In this document: in pieces, positions 28,176 through 37,609 of the stretch
How positions within the stretch are numbered: position 1 is the first letter of the stretch
Layout: the number at the start of each line of letters is the position of its first letter
DNA from: Nostoc sp. DedSLP01
GTDB lineage: Bacteria; Cyanobacteriota; Cyanobacteriia; Cyanobacteriales; Nostocaceae
Reading direction: 5' to 3'
Length of the DNA: 64,000 nucleotides
NCBI GenBank assembly: GCA_034530875.2
Contig: JAVRCJ020000002.1
Coordinates: forward strand, 192,001 to 256,000
Position numbers and translations under genes: made by a program
Notes under the pieces: model-generated
Seen by the model: the letters and a program-made list of their open reading frames with translations, nothing else
Told to the model about the DNA's origin: nothing
The model's database searches: none

Positions 28176-29402
28176 TTATTTTAAAGCATAGGTATCTGGG
28201 GCACGACCTAATGCAAAGCGCCAAGAGCTAGATAAATCTTTACTCGAATTGGTGCAGAAAATTACAAATGCCACACAAGTGATTGCAGCAGCATAGCCAA
28301 ACATATTGGGATAGCCAACTTGCTCGGCAACAGAACCTAAAACAGGTGCGGCGATCGCAATTCCCAAATCAAATCCAGTGACGCAAATAGCAAAAATTCG
28401 GCCCCGTTCTTGTGGCAGCGATCGGTCTGCCATCATCGTCACAATCATTGATATAACTGTACCAGCACCAGCACCTTCACAAATCGCTGCCAGCAAGAAA
28501 CTACTTACATTCCTAGCCTGCCACAGCAATATAGAAGATAGAGTATAACAAATTATACCAATAGTAATAAACAAACCACGACCGAGGCGATCGCTGGCTT
28601 TACCAGCAAATACCCTGGTACTAAAACTAGCAATTGCAGCAACCGTAAAAAACAAGCCGCCATTAAAGTCTATCTGAATTGATTTGATAAACAACGACAC
28701 AAAAGTATGTACCGCACCCACAGACAAACCAACCAGCAACATAACTAAAGTCGGAATTCTCACGCGCGGGCTAATGAGAATTTGCCAAAATTTCTGATTA
28801 TTGTTTGGAGTTTGCTCCTGTGTCTGTACTGGTGGATTGCTAACTTGTAAAATTGCCAAGAAAGCCACAAAACCCAACTCAGCAGAAAACAAAAATAACA
28901 ACCCATAACCAGTTGTGGCTTCTAAAAACGATCCCAAAGCAGGGCCAATTGCTAAACCAAGGGGAGTTGCTAAGGTCATGTAACTAATAATTTCACCACG
29001 TTTTTCAGGTGGGGCTAAATCTGCAATTAATGCACTGTAGCCAGTGGTAAAAGCAGCAATGCTAACGCCGTGAAAAATCCGCACCAGAATCAATAAATTA
29101 ATAGATTGGGTTGCCAAGTAACCAAAAGGTGCGATCGCAGCTACTATGCTACCAAGCAACAAGACAAATTTTCGCCCGCGCTCATCGGCTAATCGTCCCA
29201 GCATCGGGCGAGTCAGCAATAAACCAATGGCGAAACTGCCCGTTACAATGCCAATTTGCTGCTTATTCGCGCCCACATGTTCGATATAAAGCGGTAGAGT
29301 TGGCAACAACGAAGACAAACTCGACCAGAATAATAAACCTGCCGTGAATAAAATCAGCAGGTTAGACCGCAGTTCGGTGTCAAAAGTATTAAATGCTTTC
29401 AA
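28176..29402 (-). CDS. MFS transporter
   Basis: GRLADERGRK and GKASDRLGRG motifs; about 12 hydrophobic segments. Confidence 0.93.
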   Translation of the reverse strand: MKAFNTFDTELRSNLLILFTAGLLFWSSLSSLLPTLPLYIEHVGANKQQIGIVTGSFAIGLLLTRPMLGRLADERGRKFVLLLGSIVAAIAPFGYLATQSINLLILVRIFHGVSIAAFTTGYSALIADLAPPEKRGEIISYMTLATPLGLAIGPALGSFLEATTGYGLLFLFSAELGFVAFLAILQVSNPPVQTQEQTPNNNQKFWQILISPRVRIPTLVMLLVGLSVGAVHTFVSLFIKSIQIDFNGGLFFTVAAIASFSTRVFAGKASDRLGRGLFITIGIICYTLSSILLWQARNVSSFLLAAICEGAGAGTVISMIVTMMADRSLPQERGRIFAICVTGFDLGIAIAAPVLGSVAEQVGYPNMFGYAAAITCVAFVIFCTNSSKDLSSSWRFALGRAPDTYALK

Positions 29403-29417
29403 GGTAGATGCAAGTTA

Positions 29418-29472
29418 ATTAGTTATTAGTCATTAGTCATTAGTCATTAGTTATTAGTCATTAGTCACTAGT
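29418..29472. repeat. Heptameric tandem repeat (ATTAGTC)n, STRR type
   Basis: Read directly, about 8 units. Confidence 0.9.
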
Positions 29473-29531
29473 TTAGAGTTACCAATATTTACTCTTCACT
29501 ATTTATTAATTACCAATGCGCTATGCCCAAT

Positions 29532-29621
29532 GACGCCAGTCGCCTCAAGTCAAGCCACTGCGTTGGACGGGTTTCCCGGCTTGAAGCAAGTGGCGCGGGA
29601 AACCCGCCCACAGCGCTGGCT
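29532..29621. mobile_element. Nested small dispersed repeats
   Basis: ACGCCAGTCGCCTCAAGTC..GGGAAACCCGCCCACAGCGCTGGCTC interrupted by an inverted relative, AAGCCACTGCGTTGGACGGGTTTCCCGGCTTGAAGCAAGTGGCG. Confidence 0.6.
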
Positions 29622-29650
29622 CCCCTATGCCCATTTTCACTATTTTTACC

Positions 29651-30655
29651 TTAGTTAACCTTTTTTGCTACCACCTCTCGCACGCGATAGATAGGCCGGC
29701 CTTGGGATTCATGATATGTACGCATGAGTAATTCTGCTAAAAGGCCAAAGCAAAATAATTGTACTCCAGTCACTAACAACAGAACTGCCAAAATCAGTAG
29801 CGGGCGATTGCCAATCATTTCACCTAAAGCTAATTTGATGAATGTCAAATAAATTCCGATTAACGTTCCCGAAACCATTGAAATCAATCCCAACAACCCA
29901 AAAACATGCATCGGGCGTGTGAGGAACTTTTTCATAAACAAAATGGTTAACAAATCCATCAACACTCGGAATGTACGCCAAATCCCATACTTACTGCGGC
30001 CAAAGCGGCGGGGGTGATGGCGCACGGGCATTTCTGTAATTCTTGCTCCTTCGATGTATGCCAAAGCAGGTAAGAACCGATGTAATTCACCGTAGAGGTT
30101 CATATCTGCCAATAGTTCTGCACGATAGGCTTTGAGGGAACAGCCATAGTCATGAATATTCACGCTAGTGGTGCGACGAATTAACCAGTTGGCAATTTTG
30201 GAAGGAAGCAACCGATTTATGGCACCATCTTGGCGTTTTTGCCGCCAACCACTCACCAAATCGTAACCTTCATCGAGCTTGGCCAATAACATGGGAATAT
30301 CAGCCGGGTCATTTTGCAAGTCAGCATCTAAAGAAACGATCGCTTTACCTATTGCATAATGAAATCCAGCAGCCATAGCCGCAGTTTGGCCGTAATTGCG
30401 ACGCAGGATCACAGCTTTTAAATCAGAACGTGTTTGCGCTGCTTGCTTGAGAAATTCCCCAGAACCATCGCTAGAACCATCGTCTACACAGATGATTTCA
30501 TAGCTTATCTGACTCGAAGATAATGTAGATGCGATCGCTTCTAATAAAAGTGGCAAACTTTCCACTTCATTATGTATCGGCACCACCACTGAAACATCTG
30601 GCGCAATTGTCGAAATCGCGCCATTTACCCCGCCATCAACCAACCCACTCCTCAT
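29651..30655 (-). CDS. GT2 glycosyltransferase (ArnC/GtrB-like)
   Basis: SVVVPIHNE, VDDGSSD, RNYGQTAA, LDADLQNDP, GELHRF and two C-terminal TMs; start MRSG at 30655. Confidence 0.93.
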   Translation of the reverse strand: MRSGLVDGGVNGAISTIAPDVSVVVPIHNEVESLPLLLEAIASTLSSSQISYEIICVDDGSSDGSGEFLKQAAQTRSDLKAVILRRNYGQTAAMAAGFHYAIGKAIVSLDADLQNDPADIPMLLAKLDEGYDLVSGWRQKRQDGAINRLLPSKIANWLIRRTTSVNIHDYGCSLKAYRAELLADMNLYGELHRFLPALAYIEGARITEMPVRHHPRRFGRSKYGIWRTFRVLMDLLTILFMKKFLTRPMHVFGLLGLISMVSGTLIGIYLTFIKLALGEMIGNRPLLILAVLLLVTGVQLFCFGLLAELLMRTYHESQGRPIYRVREVVAKKVN

Positions 30656-30716
30656 CTTCCTGTGCTTCCTCAGCGTATTGACCGAAGTTCTGAGCGGCGG
30701 AAGCCGCCGCTCAGAC

Positions 30717-31418
30717 TTATCTCTGTGGTTCGTAACTCTCGATAACTCTACCAGCACCTCGCAGCTGTTGATAGTAGGACTGACTAACCGCATCGCCGTG
30801 TTCCGAAAGAATATCAATCCCAATTCCATTGCGTCCCTGTTCTTTTCCAGAACTGTGGATATAATAACCATCCGCCAAATACAGTCCGACATGTGTTGCT
30901 TTTTGGCTAGTTCCAAAAAATACTAGATCCCCAGCCTCTAATTGTGCAATGGTAATTGGTTGGGTAAATCCTTCTTGTTGATAAGCATCTCTCGGTAACC
31001 AAATACCCACCGAAGCGAAAGCCGCTTGCATTAATCCAGAACAATCATAATTTGGCCCTACCGTACCGCCCCAAAGGTAATAATTTGATTGTTGCATGGC
31101 TTTTTGGGTAAAAGCGATAACCTCTGTTAGTAGTTTTTTTATTTCAGATTCAGAAAATCTTGCAGCCTGATAAAGTACAGTAGCAGATTGTAAGAAACCC
31201 AAATCTGAAAAGGATACCCATCCCGGATAGTCATCTTCACGCAAATACACCTCAACCGCCGAACCCTGATGATTTGATGTTACCCATAAATGTCGCCCAG
31301 CAGCGGCTTGAGTTGATAGGCGCGTACACTCAGGAGAATCGTATAAGTTCAGGTCAGCTAGACACTCATATTCTCCTGACTTGAGATTTTGGATTTGGGA
31401 TTTTAGATTAAAGGACAT
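30717..31418 (-). CDS. NlpC/P60 (C40) peptidase
   Basis: YLWGG, YDCSGL, LPRDA, GDLVFF, HVGLY, IHSSG. Confidence 0.93.
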   Translation of the reverse strand: MSFNLKSQIQNLKSGEYECLADLNLYDSPECTRLSTQAAAGRHLWVTSNHQGSAVEVYLREDDYPGWVSFSDLGFLQSATVLYQAARFSESEIKKLLTEVIAFTQKAMQQSNYYLWGGTVGPNYDCSGLMQAAFASVGIWLPRDAYQQEGFTQPITIAQLEAGDLVFFGTSQKATHVGLYLADGYYIHSSGKEQGRNGIGIDILSEHGDAVSQSYYQQLRGAGRVIESYEPQR

Positions 31419-31427
31419 TATTCAAGA

Positions 31428-32360
31428 ATGGTTTTTTTTAATAAAGACGAACAACTCGAAAATCTTGGGTTAGGCATTTTAGATGCAACTTGGGCAGCAT
31501 TTCCCACATTAGCGCGCAATCAAATTGCCTTGACTTGGGTTGTTTACGACCCACCAGTGCCGGTAAATACTGGTGGCGCGCTGACTCCCAACGCTTTTTG
31601 GAATCACCCAGTTCGTGGTTTTAGTTATCGCGGTGTCGAACGGATTTACCCTGCAAGTGTAGTCAAACTATTTTATCTGGTGGCTGTGAATGAATGGCTG
31701 GAAAAAGGCATGAGTCAAACGTCCAAAGAATTGGAACGAGCCTTGCGGGATATGATTATAGATTCTAGTAATGATGCTACCAGCTTGGTTGTTGACATTC
31801 TCACTGGCACCACCTCAGGCCCAGAACTACCAGTAGCCCCATTTGAAACTTGGAAATATCAGCGTAATATCGTTAACCGCTATTACCAATCTTTAGGATG
31901 GGAAGAAATGGAGACGATTAACGTCTGTCAAAAAACTTGGGGTGATGGCCCTTATGGACGGGAGAGGGCATTTGTAGGAGAGTTACTAGAAAATCGTAAT
32001 ATGTTAACCACAAATGCGATCGCCAGATTACTACATAGTATTATCGGTGGTGTCGCAGTTTCCAGTGCGCGATCGCAAGCGATGATGGGCTTACTCAAAC
32101 GCAATCTCCAAAATTTGCCTACCGATGCCGAAGAAGACCAAATAACAGGTTTTTTAGGCGGTGGACTGCCTAAAGATGCCCAAATTTGGTCAAAAGCCGG
32201 TTGGACAAGTCAAGTTCGCCATGACGTCGCGTATATTGAGTTACCAAACCAGCGCCCTTATCTTTTAGTAGTATTTACTGAAGGCAAAGCCCAGGCTAAA
32301 AATCGGGAAATTGTACCCTTTGTTTCCAAGCTAATTGTAGAAGCGATTAGTAGTTTGTAA
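31428..32360 (+). CDS. Class A beta-lactamase-like serine hydrolase
   Basis: PASVVK (SxxK), SSN, SKAG, HD motifs. Confidence 0.9.
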   Translation: MVFFNKDEQLENLGLGILDATWAAFPTLARNQIALTWVVYDPPVPVNTGGALTPNAFWNHPVRGFSYRGVERIYPASVVKLFYLVAVNEWLEKGMSQTSKELERALRDMIIDSSNDATSLVVDILTGTTSGPELPVAPFETWKYQRNIVNRYYQSLGWEEMETINVCQKTWGDGPYGRERAFVGELLENRNMLTTNAIARLLHSIIGGVAVSSARSQAMMGLLKRNLQNLPTDAEEDQITGFLGGGLPKDAQIWSKAGWTSQVRHDVAYIELPNQRPYLLVVFTEGKAQAKNREIVPFVSKLIVEAISSL

Positions 32361-32409
32361 AGGGAACTGCACATTGGGCATGGGGCATGGGGCATAGGGT
32401 AAGTTAAAT

Positions 32410-32991
32410 TTATCCCTTTTCCCCTATCCCCAATCCCTTTTTATTTTTAACCTGTCTGTAGATAGATGCGATATTGCGAGCATCATCAATGCCACGATGG
32501 TGCGTACCTTGTAATTCTAGCCCCAACCGATCGAGAGCTTGTGCCATACCAAATTTTTTAGACACGCCAAGGTATTTGGAAAATTCTTCTTTGATGTTGA
32601 TGTGTTCTGAACTAAAAGGATAGGGAAAATTATGAAACTTGCAATCTTGAATAAATTGGTTTTTGTCATAATTGCCCCAAGAACAAAAAATATGGTTGGG
32701 AAATAAATCAATCCATTCTTGAAAGCGAGACATTGCCTCTACAAATTTTGGCGCTTCATCAACATCTTGCTGCCGAATAGTAGTTAATTCTGTACAAAAA
32801 GCTGTCAGTTGGGGATGTCTGATAGGTTGGATGAATTGCTGAAAATCTGAATCAATTTCCCAGGTTTCTCGATTGAGCATTACTGCACCAATTTCAATAA
32901 TTTCCATTTCATGACGGGGAACAGTCCCCTTATCGCAGCATGTAGCCTCTAAATCAATTATTAAATAATAGTGGGATTTTTTAGTTTTCAT
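32410..32991 (-). CDS. DEDDh 3'-5' exonuclease (ERI-1/KapD-like)
   Basis: IDLEATC, EIIEIGAV, SWGNYD, HHRGIDDARN. Confidence 0.92.
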   Translation of the reverse strand: MKTKKSHYYLIIDLEATCCDKGTVPRHEMEIIEIGAVMLNRETWEIDSDFQQFIQPIRHPQLTAFCTELTTIRQQDVDEAPKFVEAMSRFQEWIDLFPNHIFCSWGNYDKNQFIQDCKFHNFPYPFSSEHINIKEEFSKYLGVSKKFGMAQALDRLGLELQGTHHRGIDDARNIASIYRQVKNKKGLGIGEKG

Positions 32992-33149
32992 TTAGTTAAA
33001 AAAATTAATTAATATCGGTAATTATTTATACCTATTCTTTCAAGCCACACATTTTTGTAATTTTTATATAACAATTATACTACAAAAGGTAATGGTTGCA
33101 GATTTTTATCTATTTATGTGCAGCAGCACAGTTAGTTGTGCTACGGCGC

Positions 33150-33611
33150 TTAAGTTGATGAAAAAGGCTTAACCCTATTCAGTTGCATCGCAATATCGAG
33201 AGCGATCGCTGCTATTCCAAAGCACAAAACACTTTCTGCGGCTAATATTAAAAAAGGCCAAATCGTGCTGTGCAAATTCCATCCAAGTTCTATTTGGGTT
33301 AATCCGCGCACCAAGCCAAAAGCCATTACACCACCGGCTTTGAGTTGAGGATTTTTATCCGAACGGATGATATAGCGGTAAGTGACACCAAATAGAAAAC
33401 CAGTCAAAGCTGCAACAGCAGCGCTAATCCATAAATGCCAATTAAATTCACTTTGCAGACTTGCGAGTATCGGAAAATACTTTGCCACTACTAAAGTATT
33501 GACAACACTAGCGATCGCAAAGCTAGAAAATAGGAAAAAACCTCCGACTATCCCAGCCTTGAGAGATTCTAGGCGTTCTGCCATTAATTGAGGATTGGAA
33601 ATTGCGTTCAC
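33150..33611 (-). CDS. Conserved membrane protein
   Basis: Four hydrophobic segments; LFGVTYRYIIR..NPQLKAG..AFGLVRGL. Confidence 0.8.
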   Translation of the reverse strand: MNAISNPQLMAERLESLKAGIVGGFFLFSSFAIASVVNTLVVAKYFPILASLQSEFNWHLWISAAVAALTGFLFGVTYRYIIRSDKNPQLKAGGVMAFGLVRGLTQIELGWNLHSTIWPFLILAAESVLCFGIAAIALDIAMQLNRVKPFSST

Positions 33612-33698
33612 GATGTATATAAATTAGGGATTGGCGATTATATCATCTGAAATCAATTTAAATAAAGAATGGGAGAATTTTGTAATTCAATACTGCTC

Positions 33699-34961
33699 TT
33701 ATATGGGAATTTTGATGGTAAATTCGGTTCCCATACCTGGTTGAGAGTGTACCTCTAATTGACCTTTGTGTTTTTCTACAACTATTTGATATGCGATGGA
33801 CAAGCCAAGTCCAGTGCCTTTACCAACAGTTTTTGTAGTAAATAATGGTTCAAATAAGCGTTGTTTCAAACGTTCGGGAATACCAATCCCATTGTCAGCA
33901 ATCCGAATTATAGCGAATTGTTCGGAATTTATTGCTGTTCTAATTTGAATCTCAGGAATTATATGGCTGATTTTGCCTTGCAAGATCGCTTCATCCAGGG
34001 CATCAATCGCGTTTGCGAGAATATTCATAAATACTTGGTTCATCTGCCCTAAAAAACAATTGACTTGTGGTAATTCTCCATAATTTTTAATAACTTCAAT
34101 GGCGGGGCGATCGCTATTAGCTTTCAAGCGGTGTTGTAAAATCATCAGTGTGCTATCTAGCCCTTGGTGTAAATCAGCAGATATTTTGGCATCACTGTCT
34201 GAACGAGAGAAGTTGCGGAGTGAAGTAGAAAGGTTGCGAATTCGTTCGCTTCCTAATTCAAGTGAGTCCAAGATTTTGGTTATATCTTCAAGAACAAAAT
34301 CCAGATCCAATTTCTTAATAGCGCTGGTAAGTTTGGTTGTTGGGTTTGGATATTCTTGTTGATACAGCAAAAGCAACTCGCTTATCCCTGCTATGTATTC
34401 TTGCAAAGGTGGAATATTGCTGGAAATAAAGTTAATGGGATTATTGATTTCATGACCGATACCAGCAACTAACTCTCCGAGTGTTGATAGTTTTTCTTGC
34501 TGTACCAGTTTGACTTGAGCTTGTTGCAAAGCCTTAGTGCGATCGCTCACTTTTTGTTCCAAAGATTCAGTCAATTGTTTGAGTTGTAAATGCACGCGTA
34601 CTCTAGCAATAACTTCCTCTTGTGCAAACGGTTTGGGGATATAGTCTACTGCACCAAGGGCAAATCCCTTAGTTTTGCTTTCAGTATCTGCTAAAGCAGT
34701 GGTAAAAATAATCGGAATGTTCTGAGTAGTAGGATTGGCTTTGAGGCGACGACAAGTTTCAAATCCGTCAATACCAGGCATTTGTACGTCCAGTAAAATC
34801 AACTCTGGTTGGTTGCGTTCAACTTGAGCGATCGCACTTTCTCCATCCACTGCAACGCGGAAACGAAAACCCTCACTATTGAGTGCTTCACACAGAAGAG
34901 ATAAATTTGTGGGATTATCATCCACAATTAAGATAAATCCAGTATTATTATTCTTATTCAT
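33699..34961 (-). CDS. Hybrid receiver + histidine kinase
   Basis: ILIVDD, LLDVQMP, DYIPKP; H-box GHEINNP; FTTKTVGKGTGLGLSI. Confidence 0.95.
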   Translation of the reverse strand: MNKNNNTGFILIVDDNPTNLSLLCEALNSEGFRFRVAVDGESAIAQVERNQPELILLDVQMPGIDGFETCRRLKANPTTQNIPIIFTTALADTESKTKGFALGAVDYIPKPFAQEEVIARVRVHLQLKQLTESLEQKVSDRTKALQQAQVKLVQQEKLSTLGELVAGIGHEINNPINFISSNIPPLQEYIAGISELLLLYQQEYPNPTTKLTSAIKKLDLDFVLEDITKILDSLELGSERIRNLSTSLRNFSRSDSDAKISADLHQGLDSTLMILQHRLKANSDRPAIEVIKNYGELPQVNCFLGQMNQVFMNILANAIDALDEAILQGKISHIIPEIQIRTAINSEQFAIIRIADNGIGIPERLKQRLFEPLFTTKTVGKGTGLGLSIAYQIVVEKHKGQLEVHSQPGMGTEFTIKIPI

Positions 34962-34991
34962 GATAAATTTCAAACTTACATTAAACTTAAA

Positions 34992-36878
34992 CTAATTTAA
35001 ATTTTCTTCGATAAAATTTTCCAAGCGTTTAAGTTGAAAATTACTAGCAAGCTGGACAACTTTTTGAGCAAAAAATCTTAATGTTTCGTCATAAATAGAA
35101 AGTTGTTCGGCTAGTTCTAAAACATTTTGAATGTCGCCATCTTTGACGAAATCAAGTAACTCTTTTAACACATCATTAGCAGGATAAATTATTTCATTAT
35201 CTTCCTCTAAAGCATTTGTTTTATTTTTTGAGTTTACATCTAGCTTCTCGTCAAAAATCCATTGCAGTTGCAAAAATTGTCGGAGCATTTCCAGCAGTAC
35301 TTCAGCTTCTATAGGCTTTGGTAGAAATGCATCTGCACCGACATCAATGCTCTTGTGCTGGTCGATTGCAAACACGCTGGCAGACGAAGCAATGATAGCA
35401 ATCTTTTGAAATTGGTCTGACTGACGCAAACGATTAATTAACTCAAATCCATCTAATATTGGCATTACTAAGTCTGTGATAACCAAGTCTGGTTTATGGA
35501 TTAGAGCCTGTTCCCATGCTTCCTGACCGTGACAAGCTTCTACGACAGTAAACCCAACTGGCTCTAGTAAATTTACAATTACTGCTCGGTTTTCCCATTT
35601 ATCATCTGCAATTAAAATGGTGCGTCTTTGTCCCAGATAGCCAAGAATTGTTCCTTGCTCAAGTACTCTCGAAACCTTTGCCCAGTCTTTAGATTCTACG
35701 AATTGTACCTCAAACCAGAAACTACTACCTTTGCCTAAAGTACTTTTTACCTGAATTTGGCCGCCCATTAACAAAACAATTTTTTGGCTAATTGCTAATC
35801 CTAAACCTGTGCCTTCAGATTGTCGTTTCTGATTGCCTACTTGCTCAAAAGGCTGGAAGATTTTCTCGGCTTGTTCGGGTTTTATACCTGTACCGGTATC
35901 TATTACCTCAAAGCGAATTTTGTAGTTAGTTTTTCCATTAGTATTTAATTCTCGATTGACGATCTGAACTTTAAAGGTGACACTGCCTTCTTGGGTAAAT
36001 TTAATTGCATTACTAAGTAAATTAATCAGTACTTGTCGTAGGCGTTTTTCATCACCGTGAATACCTGTTGGTAAATCGGGATCGATTTGGACATCAAAGG
36101 CAATGACCTTTTGTTCTGCACGGATGCGGCAAATTTCAGTCACGCTATCAATAAAGGCAGGCAAGTAAAAATCAACAGGATACAATTCGAGTCTGCGAGC
36201 TTCGATTTTGGAAAGATCGAGAACATCATTAATCAATGTTAAAAGATGAGAACCACATTGATAAATGACGCCCAGTCCTTTGCGTCCTTTTTCAGTCAGA
36301 GATTCTGTGCGTTGCAGGATTTGTGTATAGCCCAGGATGCCGTTGAGGGGTGTACGTAATTCATGACTCATATTCGCCAAAAATTCACTCTTGGCCTGGC
36401 TGGAATTTTGAGCGACTTCTTCAGCTTTGCGTAATTCTTTTTCAATGCGCTTGCGCTGTAAAATTTCAGTAGAAAGCACTCTATTGATAGCTTCTAACTG
36501 TGCTGGACTGGGTAGCGTCAGGGCTTGAGGCATTAGAGAAACTAAAGCAAATGCCGTGTATATGGAAATAATCGCAGTTAGAGCTTTTACACAACCTGCA
36601 ACCCAATAATCCGGATGCCAAAGCGTCCAAATATCCATTAAGTGTCCAGTTCCGCAGGCAATGATAAAAGTACTAAATAACACAAAGACTCCATTGAAAG
36701 GAACGTCTTGGCGCTTGGAAATAAAGTAAATCAGTAGAAAGGGAATGGAATAATAGGCAAGAGCGATTGTGGCATCAGAAATAATGTGGAGCCAAACTAA
36801 TCCAGTTTTCCACAGATAACAATGTCCGTGGGGAATAAAACCATCAGAATGGAAAGCGTTGGTGAGAAATGTCGGCAT
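34992..36878 (-). CDS. ETR1-type ethylene-binding domain hybrid histidine kinase with receiver
   Basis: SDATIALAYYSIP (D..Y spacing of ETR1 D25/Y32), FIIACGTGH (I62/C65/H69 spacing), FLANMSHELRTPLNG, GTGLGLAI, receiver TDLVMP. Confidence 0.88.
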   Translation of the reverse strand: MPTFLTNAFHSDGFIPHGHCYLWKTGLVWLHIISDATIALAYYSIPFLLIYFISKRQDVPFNGVFVLFSTFIIACGTGHLMDIWTLWHPDYWVAGCVKALTAIISIYTAFALVSLMPQALTLPSPAQLEAINRVLSTEILQRKRIEKELRKAEEVAQNSSQAKSEFLANMSHELRTPLNGILGYTQILQRTESLTEKGRKGLGVIYQCGSHLLTLINDVLDLSKIEARRLELYPVDFYLPAFIDSVTEICRIRAEQKVIAFDVQIDPDLPTGIHGDEKRLRQVLINLLSNAIKFTQEGSVTFKVQIVNRELNTNGKTNYKIRFEVIDTGTGIKPEQAEKIFQPFEQVGNQKRQSEGTGLGLAISQKIVLLMGGQIQVKSTLGKGSSFWFEVQFVESKDWAKVSRVLEQGTILGYLGQRRTILIADDKWENRAVIVNLLEPVGFTVVEACHGQEAWEQALIHKPDLVITDLVMPILDGFELINRLRQSDQFQKIAIIASSASVFAIDQHKSIDVGADAFLPKPIEAEVLLEMLRQFLQLQWIFDEKLDVNSKNKTNALEEDNEIIYPANDVLKELLDFVKDGDIQNVLELAEQLSIYDETLRFFAQKVVQLASNFQLKRLENFIEENLN

Positions 36879-37129
36879 TGGTTACTAGGGCTTGAGAAGA
36901 AATATATCTACATAACTTAATATTCCCAATCCAGCCACTAAAAAGCGCGATCGCTACTTTTTGCACTTGTCTTCAAAATGACTTAAATTCGTAATACTTA
37001 GACAAAGATGGTATTAGATTTATCATTATTTACAAAACTTACAACATCATTGATAAAAAAATCTCAGCCTGCCCTTTGCCAGTATGATGAATATTAGAAA
37101 CGTTTTGTAATTATTTGAAAAGTGGGACT

Positions 37130-37219
37130 ATGGAAATTTTGACACTAGGCTGGGTATCGCTGCTAGTTGTGTTTACTTGGTCAATTGCAATGGTAGTTTG
37201 GGGACGTAACGGACTGTAG
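37130..37219 (+). CDS. petN: Cytochrome b6f subunit VIII
   Basis: Translated by hand: [29 protein letters not shown]. Confidence 0.96.
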   Translation: MEILTLGWVSLLVVFTWSIAMVVWGRNGL

Positions 37220-37223
37220 AGGC

Positions 37224-37388
37224 ATGGTAGAAAATCCATTCCTGAGTATTTTGGCTTTAGTTGCTATAGTGCTGCTGGTAGCAGTTACAGGTGGCGTTGG
37301 TTATTTAACCTTGGCTGATTGGCGCGATCGCCGTCGTCGAGATGAAGAAAAACGCACGACTCGCAGCACCACTCCTAAGCGGCGATAA
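37224..37388 (+). CDS. 54-aa single-TM small protein downstream of petN
   Basis: MVENPFLSILALVAIVLLVAVTGGVGYLTLADWRDRRRRDEEKRTTRSTTPKRR*; starts 4 nt after the petN stop. Confidence 0.75.
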   Translation: MVENPFLSILALVAIVLLVAVTGGVGYLTLADWRDRRRRDEEKRTTRSTTPKRR

Positions 37389-37609
37389 TTCGCTCGTAGT
37401 TAAAAAATCTTTTTGTAGGGGCATGATATTATCATGTCCCTAAAATTTTGCATTTTTTTAGAGAAAAATCTATTTTTTACTGTTTTTTACCAAATTCCCA
37501 GTCCAGAATCGCCAGTCGCCAGTCCCTTTTACGCAGGTAATTGTTACCTTAGCGATGGTTAAGGGAATTATGAGATGGAGAACTTTTAATATTTAAAATT
37601 CCCCAGGGA

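Noticed and set aside
30656..30916. N-terminal extension of the GT2 ORF to 421 aa
   Set aside because: It overlaps the NlpC/P60 gene and crosses a small palindromic repeat; MRSG at 30655 is the more plausible start.
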